A DNA stretch of 64,000 bases, taken from positions 517,059-581,058 of the forward strand of contig OY969472.1 in NCBI GenBank assembly GCA_963700155.1, written 5' to 3'. Shown here one piece after another: positions 59,000-64,000 of the stretch. The notes under the pieces are model-generated. The model made no database searches, was not told where the DNA came from, and saw only the letters and a program-made list of their open reading frames with translations. The position numbers and the translations under genes are program-made. Origin of the DNA: an uncultured bacterium (GTDB taxonomy: Bacteria; Patescibacteriota; Dojkabacteria; J137). Every line of letters begins with the position of its first letter. The stretch's first letter is position 1.

Positions 59000-59440
59000 A
59001 TGGATAATTTTGATCTTGATTGGTTAAAAACAATAACTTTGGAATGGTTCTCATATACTTTGGAACAAAAAGCTTCATTTGTTAAAAATTTTAATTTATT
59101 TCAAGAGCTTTGTATTGACTGTATGCTTATGCATCAGAATCAGGTTAAGCAGTTCAGTGTAAATGAAGGTGAATCTTCAAGTTATTCAAGAGCAGCTGAT
59201 AAATTTAAAGATATTTATCTAAAGTGTAAGGATTTTATGTCTGAAAATAAAGTGTCCGATTATTCTTCACAAGATGAGTTCTATAGAAAGATTTCAAACT
59301 TTTTTGATGAATCGATACTTCCAATAATTCAAGACATTAATAATTTATATCCTGAAGTAGTGAGATTCTTACGTGATAATAATGTTGAAGAATCTATTGG
59401 TGTGAAATTTAATAAACAAAAAGTAAATCAGGAATCTTAA
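59000..59440 (+). CDS. Small hypothetical protein, tandem paralog family member 3 (146 aa)
   Basis: …FFDESILPIIQDINNLYPEVVRFL. Confidence 0.45.
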   Translation: MDNFDLDWLKTITLEWFSYTLEQKASFVKNFNLFQELCIDCMLMHQNQVKQFSVNEGESSSYSRAADKFKDIYLKCKDFMSENKVSDYSSQDEFYRKISNFFDESILPIIQDINNLYPEVVRFLRDNNVEESIGVKFNKQKVNQES

Positions 59441-59559
59441 TACTCTCTATCTTTGTCAGAACTTTGTAAAAACTCTATGGTAAGATGTTACAGCCGGATT
59501 TTAAAAATGAGTATACTTGCTATAGAATAATCTCCGACATATAAATCTTAAACTAAGAG

Positions 59560-61710
59560 TTGATGCTTGATCTAAAAATTCTCAATTCACCACAAAAAGA
59601 TGCGGTAGAAGCTACTGACGGTCCAGTATTAGTTTTGGCCGGCGCGGGAAGCGGTAAAACTAGAGTTTTGACTTATAGAATTGCCTATATTTTAGATTCA
59701 GGACTCGCCGGCCCTGATAATATATTGGCTATGACTTTCACAAATAAAGCAGCCGCAGAAATGAAAGAGAGAATAAAAGCTCTTTTAGAATCAACAGATA
59801 TGCAGTCGCCAATCTCAAATTTGTTCTGGATGGGAACTTTTCATTCAATCTGCGTAAAGATTTTAAAGATGAACGGTCAACTAGTAGGAATTGGACGAAA
59901 TTTTACAATTTATGATTCTGCAGATCAGGTTGTTGCAGTAAAAGAAGCAATGAAGCGATTAGATATATCAATCAAGGATTTTAATCCAAATGCTGTTCAT
60001 TCATATATTTCATCTGCGAAAAATGAGCTTGTTGATGCTGAAATGTACAATTCTTATGCACAAGGATATTTTCAACAGGTAGTTGCAAAGATATATCCTG
60101 TCTATCAAAAGGTTTTGAGGGAAAATAATGCGGTTGATTTTGATGATCTACTTTTTTATACAGTTCAGCTGTTTAGAGAAAATAAGAATATTTTAGAGTT
60201 TTACCAAGATAAGTTTAAATATATTTTAGTTGATGAATATCAGGATACTAATCACGCACAATATATTTTGATTAATATGTTAGCCGAAAAGTATAGAAAT
60301 ATCTGTTGTGTAGGGGACGATGATCAGAGTATCTATGCTTTCAGGGGTGCAACAATAAAAAATATTTTAAATTTTGAAAAAGATTATCCGGAATCAAAAG
60401 TAATAAAGTTAGAGCAGAACTATAGGTCTACTAAAAAGATTTTAGAAGCTTCGCATCAAGTCATTAGCAAGAATAAAGGTAGAAAAGAGAAAAAGCTTTG
60501 GACTGAAAATGATGATGGCGAACAAATAACTTTGTATACAGCATCAAATGAAATTAATGAGGCAAACTGGATTGTTAAAAAGATTATAGAATTGAGCAAA
60601 GATATGGATTTAAGTAATTTTGCAGTTTTATATAGAACAAATGCTCAGTCAAGAAGTTTAGAAGAAGCATTTATTCAAGAAGCTTTACCCTATAGAATTG
60701 TCGGAGGCCTTCGCTTTTATGACAGAAAAGAAATTAAAGACACTCTCTCTTATTTAAAAATTATTTATAACCCAAAAGATAATAAAAGCCTGGAACGTAT
60801 TATCAATGTTCCAAAGAGAGGGGTTGGTGATAAAACTGTTCAAGGTTTCGAAGCGAAGGCCTCCGAACAAAATAAAAGTGCAGTTGAATATCTTTTAGAA
60901 AACTCTGAAGAAATAACGAATACTGGACTCTTAAATTTTTCATTTATAATTCGAGATCTTTTTGAAAAATCCAAAGAATTAAATATTGTTGAACTTATTA
61001 ATTATATTCTTGAAAAAACAGGTTATATAAAAATGCTTGAAGATGGAACTTTAGAGAATGAATCCAGAATTGAAAATTTGAAGGAGCTTATCTCTGTAGC
61101 TTCGGCTTTTGAAGATGAAACACCGGAAGAAGGTTTAGAAAAATTCCTTGATGATGTAAGTCTTCTTGAAGGTGCAGGGGAAGAAGATGTTAATGCAAAA
61201 TCTAGTGTTACTTTGATGACAATTCATGCAGCAAAAGGTTTGGAATTTGAGTATGTTTTTGTAGTTGGAATGGAAGAAAACCTTTTCCCGCATTCGAATT
61301 CACTCATGGATAATAATGAGATGGAAGAAGAGCGAAGGTTAGCTTATGTTGCAATAACAAGAGCTAAAAAAAGATTGTTTTTGACCCATGCAGTAAAACG
61401 AAAATATTTTGGTATTAATCAAAATAATCCTATTTCCAGATTTATTGGTGATATTGATGATGAACTTTTAGAAAAAGATGCAGACTATATGTATGTTGGT
61501 CCAACTGAGGAATATACTTCAAAATCTTATGATGAATCTTATGAATGGATGGATGATCTTCATTTACAAACTGGTGATAAAGTAAAACATGAGTATTTTG
61601 GCAAGGGAACTGTAAAAAGAATTGATGGAACTAATGTTGTTATTGATTTTGGACCTGTTTATGGTGAAAAAGAATTAATGCTTGAATACGCCAAGCTTGA
61701 GAAAATATAA
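59560..61710 (+). CDS. pcrA: ATP-dependent DNA helicase PcrA/UvrD (SF1)
   Basis: Motif I AGAGSGKTRVL, Ia, II (DEYQDTN), III, IV (VGGLRFYDRKEIKD), V and VI (VAITRAK). 716 aa. Confidence 0.9.
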   Translation: MMLDLKILNSPQKDAVEATDGPVLVLAGAGSGKTRVLTYRIAYILDSGLAGPDNILAMTFTNKAAAEMKERIKALLESTDMQSPISNLFWMGTFHSICVKILKMNGQLVGIGRNFTIYDSADQVVAVKEAMKRLDISIKDFNPNAVHSYISSAKNELVDAEMYNSYAQGYFQQVVAKIYPVYQKVLRENNAVDFDDLLFYTVQLFRENKNILEFYQDKFKYILVDEYQDTNHAQYILINMLAEKYRNICCVGDDDQSIYAFRGATIKNILNFEKDYPESKVIKLEQNYRSTKKILEASHQVISKNKGRKEKKLWTENDDGEQITLYTASNEINEANWIVKKIIELSKDMDLSNFAVLYRTNAQSRSLEEAFIQEALPYRIVGGLRFYDRKEIKDTLSYLKIIYNPKDNKSLERIINVPKRGVGDKTVQGFEAKASEQNKSAVEYLLENSEEITNTGLLNFSFIIRDLFEKSKELNIVELINYILEKTGYIKMLEDGTLENESRIENLKELISVASAFEDETPEEGLEKFLDDVSLLEGAGEEDVNAKSSVTLMTIHAAKGLEFEYVFVVGMEENLFPHSNSLMDNNEMEEERRLAYVAITRAKKRLFLTHAVKRKYFGINQNNPISRFIGDIDDELLEKDADYMYVGPTEEYTSKSYDESYEWMDDLHLQTGDKVKHEYFGKGTVKRIDGTNVVIDFGPVYGEKELMLEYAKLEKI

Positions 61711-61755
61711 TAACTTCAAATTGATATAATTATCCATAGATAAAGGAGAAAAATA

Positions 61756-61971
61756 ATGACTGCAAAGCAGTTGACAACAATCTCTGGCTTAATTATAGCT
61801 GGTAGTGGTCTATATATGTTGATTTTGTGGGGCTCAATCCCATACTCAGCCTCAGCATTAATTGCAGGATTAGGATTACTTATAGGTGGGCTGATTATTA
61901 CATTTTTAGATCAGATCATTTGGATTCTAGTCAAAATCGGATTAATCGAGGATGATGAAGATTCTGAATGA
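61756..61971 (+). CDS. Small 2-TM membrane protein (71 aa) with acidic tail
   Basis: Strong RBS aaaggag about 9 nt upstream. A hairpin terminator follows. Confidence 0.4.
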   Translation: MTAKQLTTISGLIIAGSGLYMLILWGSIPYSASALIAGLGLLIGGLIITFLDQIIWILVKIGLIEDDEDSE

Positions 61972-61986
61972 TATTTTGTTCCTTTA

Positions 61987-62010
61987 GGCGCTCCGATTTA
62001 TCGGAGCGCC
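61987..62010 (+). terminator. GC-rich perfect hairpin (10-bp stem ggcgctccga/tcggagcgcc, loop ttta)
   Basis: Lies 16 nt after the ORF stop. The T-tract downstream is weak (…tgttgttagatttt). Confidence 0.45.
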
Positions 62011-62046
62011 AGAACCCTATTGTTGTTAGATTTTGGCAGCAATTAA

Positions 62047-62055
62047 TGATATAAT
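62047..62055 (+). promoter_or_regulatory. Extended -10 promoter element TGaTATAAT
   Basis: tgatataat, with a weak -35-like ttggca at 62033-62038 (short spacing). RBS gaggtg at 62086-62091 lies ahead of the ATG at 62096. Confidence 0.3.
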
Positions 62056-62095
62056 GATTATAGACATTTTTTATTCATGTTCTTTGAGGTGTGTA

Positions 62096-62380
62096 ATGAT
62101 TCGACAGAGTATTGGGAAAGCTTTGGGTATGTTTGGGGCAGCAATGCTGCTGCTTCATTTACTCATAACAGCGATCCTGTTCAATGGTCAAGATGACCCA
62201 TTAGGACATCTTGACTTGTCAGGATGGGTAGGATTAATTCTGCCTGTCATTTTGTCGGTTGGTTTGATGATCTACTCAATCTATCTGGTTGAGTTTCATC
62301 AAACTCGAGTTCTAAATCATGATCATGTAACAAAAATCGACTTCGTGGTCAGGCATCGAACTCATCTGCACGTCAGATGA
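62096..62380 (+). CDS. Small 2-TM membrane protein with His-rich C-terminus, atypical composition (~42% GC)
   Basis: MIRQSIGKALGMFGAAMLLL… ends …HQTRVLNHDHVTKIDFVVRHRTHLHVR. Codon usage (ctg, ggc, gtc) differs from the rest of the window. The ORF track begins it at a TTG (62033). Confidence 0.4.
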   Translation: MIRQSIGKALGMFGAAMLLLHLLITAILFNGQDDPLGHLDLSGWVGLILPVILSVGLMIYSIYLVEFHQTRVLNHDHVTKIDFVVRHRTHLHVR

Positions 62381-62396
62381 GACATTGCTTGATCGA

Positions 62397-62458
62397 GGGC
62401 GCTCGCGAAAGAGCTTGGTGACCAAAAGTCCCAGGTGCGAGCGCCCGAAAGGCTTTTT
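62397..62458 (+). terminator. Long-loop hairpin plus T-tract (stem gggcgctcgc/gcgagcgccc, 30-nt loop, then gaaaggcttttt)
   Basis: Perfect 10-bp GC-rich inverted repeat followed by T5. Confidence 0.5.
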
Positions 62459-62774
62459 GTATTTAACACTCTTTGGACTTAAACCCCCTCATACCCACAA
62501 TATATTGAATAACCTATATAATGATGATATAATTAATTATACTTTTATTACCAGGAATGATTATATGTCGCCACTGGTAATTTGAGGATAGCGTAGTATT
62601 AAAAAATACTACAATTAAGATGTTGTGAGAATATCTGAAGATCTAAAGTCTAAAGATAAACATCTTAAAATTCTTTAAAGATAGCTGCAAATGCCTTGCT
62701 GTGGGATAAGATAATATATAAATGTTGTTTTATTCCATAGCAAGGTTAACCAGCTAAAATGCTAAAATAAAACT

Positions 62775-63437
62775 ATGCAATTTGATATATTAACTACATT
62801 CCCAAATTCGTTTTCATACTTCTCTGAAAGTATTATCAAGCGTGCTCAAGATAAAGATTTAATAAAATTAAAAATTCATGATTTAAGAAATTGGGCTACT
62901 GATAAACATAAAACAACAGACGATCATCCATTTGGAGGAAATCCTGGAATGTTGATGAAAATAGAACCAATCTATAAAGCATTAAAAGATTTAGGTGTTT
63001 ATCCTAAACATGATGAAAAAACTAAGGTTGTTTTAACAAGTGCTAAAGGTAATTTATGGAATCAGAAGGTGGCCGTAGATTATTCTAAAAAATTTGATCG
63101 ATTAGTTATAATCTGCGGCCACTATGAAGGCATTGACCATAGAGTAGAGCAATTTTTGATTGATGAAGAAATTTCGGTTGGTAATTATGTTCTTTCTGGA
63201 GGGGAAGTTCCTTCAATGATTATTGTTGATTCGATAACTAGATTAATTGATGGTGTTGTTGGTAATGAAGAGTCGATTGTTGATGAATCTCATTCTTCTG
63301 AACTTGGTGATACTGAATATCCTCAATATACAAGGCCTGCTTCTTTTACTACTGAAGAAGGTAAAACATGGTCAGTTCCAGATGTGCTTCTTTCTGGAAA
63401 TCACAAAGAAATAGAGAAGTGGAAAAAATCCCACTAA
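62775..63437 (+). CDS. trmD: tRNA (guanine37-N1)-methyltransferase TrmD
   Basis: MQFDILTTFP…, SPOUT trefoil knot motifs (…LICGHYEGIDHRV…), 220 aa. Confidence 0.9.
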   Translation: MQFDILTTFPNSFSYFSESIIKRAQDKDLIKLKIHDLRNWATDKHKTTDDHPFGGNPGMLMKIEPIYKALKDLGVYPKHDEKTKVVLTSAKGNLWNQKVAVDYSKKFDRLVIICGHYEGIDHRVEQFLIDEEISVGNYVLSGGEVPSMIIVDSITRLIDGVVGNEESIVDESHSSELGDTEYPQYTRPASFTTEEGKTWSVPDVLLSGNHKEIEKWKKSH

Positions 63438-63502
63438 TTTAGATATCTATTTAAAATATACCTACGGCTTCATTTATATAATATCCACCTAGCGCCTATT
63501 AC

Positions 63503-63522
63503 GTTACGTAAATTTACGTAAC
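63503..63522. promoter_or_regulatory. Perfect 20-bp palindrome gttacgtaaatttacgtaac (candidate operator)
   Basis: Self-complementary 20-mer in the trmD/ere-like intergenic region, about 165 nt upstream of the next ATG. Confidence 0.3.
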
Positions 63523-63686
63523 ATACTGGTGATTAAGTTGAAAAGTATTGATATTGACTTTTATAGATATTCGTTCTGAATATCATTATCATTGTTAACT
63601 TCTTTAATCCTTTCCTAAATCGGATTTGCTTTATCTTACTTCAATATTCAAATGATATAATAAAAAATAAATTTTTGAGAAAAACA

Positions 63687-64000
63687 TGAATATTTTTAAT
63701 CAAAATCTATATGAAGAATACTTTAGGCATTTAAGAATTTTGGTTCTTAAAATCTTTCCGAATATAACTTTAAATACTCATAAATATGCTTCAAAGGAAT
63801 TTAATGATTATTCAAATTTTAGGCTAGTCTCCTTAGGTGAGTCTTCGCATGGAGTTTCTGAATTTTTCAAAAATAAATCAAAGATCTCACTAAAACTATT
63901 ATCTCTGGGATACAATAAGATATATTTTGAGGACTCTGAAATAGTTATAAGAAAAGTTAATAAGATAATACAAAACGGTACAAATTCGTCTTTAAAAGAA
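63687..64000 (+). CDS. Partial CDS (5' end): erythromycin-esterase (Ere) family-like protein
   Basis: LVSLGESSHGVSEFF resembles the Ere-family ALGEATHGTHEF motif. Runs to the window edge. Confidence 0.45.

Noticed and set aside
60701-60866. 14-bp inverted repeats in pcrA as MITE termini
   Set aside because: The intervening 138 bp encode canonical UvrD motif IV residues, so nothing has been inserted.
62390-62460. Possible small ncRNA (SRP RNA or RNase P fragment) in the GC-rich segment
   Set aside because: No GGAAGGAAGCAGC-type SRP helix-8 motif, no RNase P CR-I/P4 consensus, and no tmRNA tRNA-like ends. The structure is more simply a long-loop hairpin terminator.
62385-62585. 66-aa ORF spanning the GC-rich hairpin
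   Set aside because: It covers the terminator-like inverted repeat and the T-tract. Its Arg/Pro-rich translation comes from the GC-rich stem, with no RBS. Spurious.
62586-62774. Inverted repeats upstream of trmD (gtagtatt/aatactac; ccttgctgtgg…ccatagcaagg)
   Set aside because: Short or imperfect AT-rich repeats in an AT-rich spacer. Chance cannot be excluded, so they were not called as features.
1-64000. Alternative genetic code (UGA reassignment), as seen in some AT-rich candidate phyla
   Set aside because: Long conserved proteins (FtsK, PcrA, ArgS, DnaA) are full length under the standard code. Where checked, genes end in TGA stops at the expected positions (for example the rhomboid gene).
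1-64000. CRISPR arrays, prophage, integrase or transposase genes
   Set aside because: No short repeat-spacer periodicity and no recombinase-like ORFs were seen. The only exact repeat found is the 48-bp pair at 49474 and 51243.

Overview
This 64 kb window is AT-rich (roughly 30% GC by eye), densely packed with genes, and reads correctly with the standard genetic code. The gene content looks like a small-genome, Gram-positive-like bacterium, possibly a Candidate Phyla Radiation (Patescibacteria-type) lineage; that placement is inference only. Recognisable housekeeping genes are dnaA, dnaN, ftsK, pcrA/uvrD, argS, adk, dnaJ, sod, trmD, rsmI, tsaD, comM/yifB, yidD, apbE and holA. Envelope genes include two tandem FemAB-family transferases, a MurE-like ligase, a VanY-type M15 peptidase, GT4 and GT28 glycosyltransferases, an O-antigen-ligase-like protein and a MacAB-type ABC efflux set. 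There are also two tRNAs (Arg, Ser), an OmpR-type response regulator and a stand-alone receiver protein. No rRNA, CRISPR array, integrase or transposase was seen. Four things look most worth following up. (1) tsaD is translationally coupled to a 213-aa minimal eukaryotic-like kinase, a KEOPS-like arrangement (Kae1 plus Bud32) that bacteria are not expected to have. (2) A two-gene cassette (PRTase-like protein plus a mevalonate-kinase-like GHMP kinase) is bracketed by a perfect 48-bp direct repeat that duplicates the 5' end of the downstream spoU/trmH gene. (3) Three small paralogous genes sit in tandem upstream of pcrA. (4) Several perfect GC-containing palindromes lie inside coding sequences and around a small islet of atypical composition. 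dnaA and dnaN are separated by two unknown genes, with DnaA-box clusters on either side. Functional calls rest on motifs recognised by eye, and none has been checked against a database.
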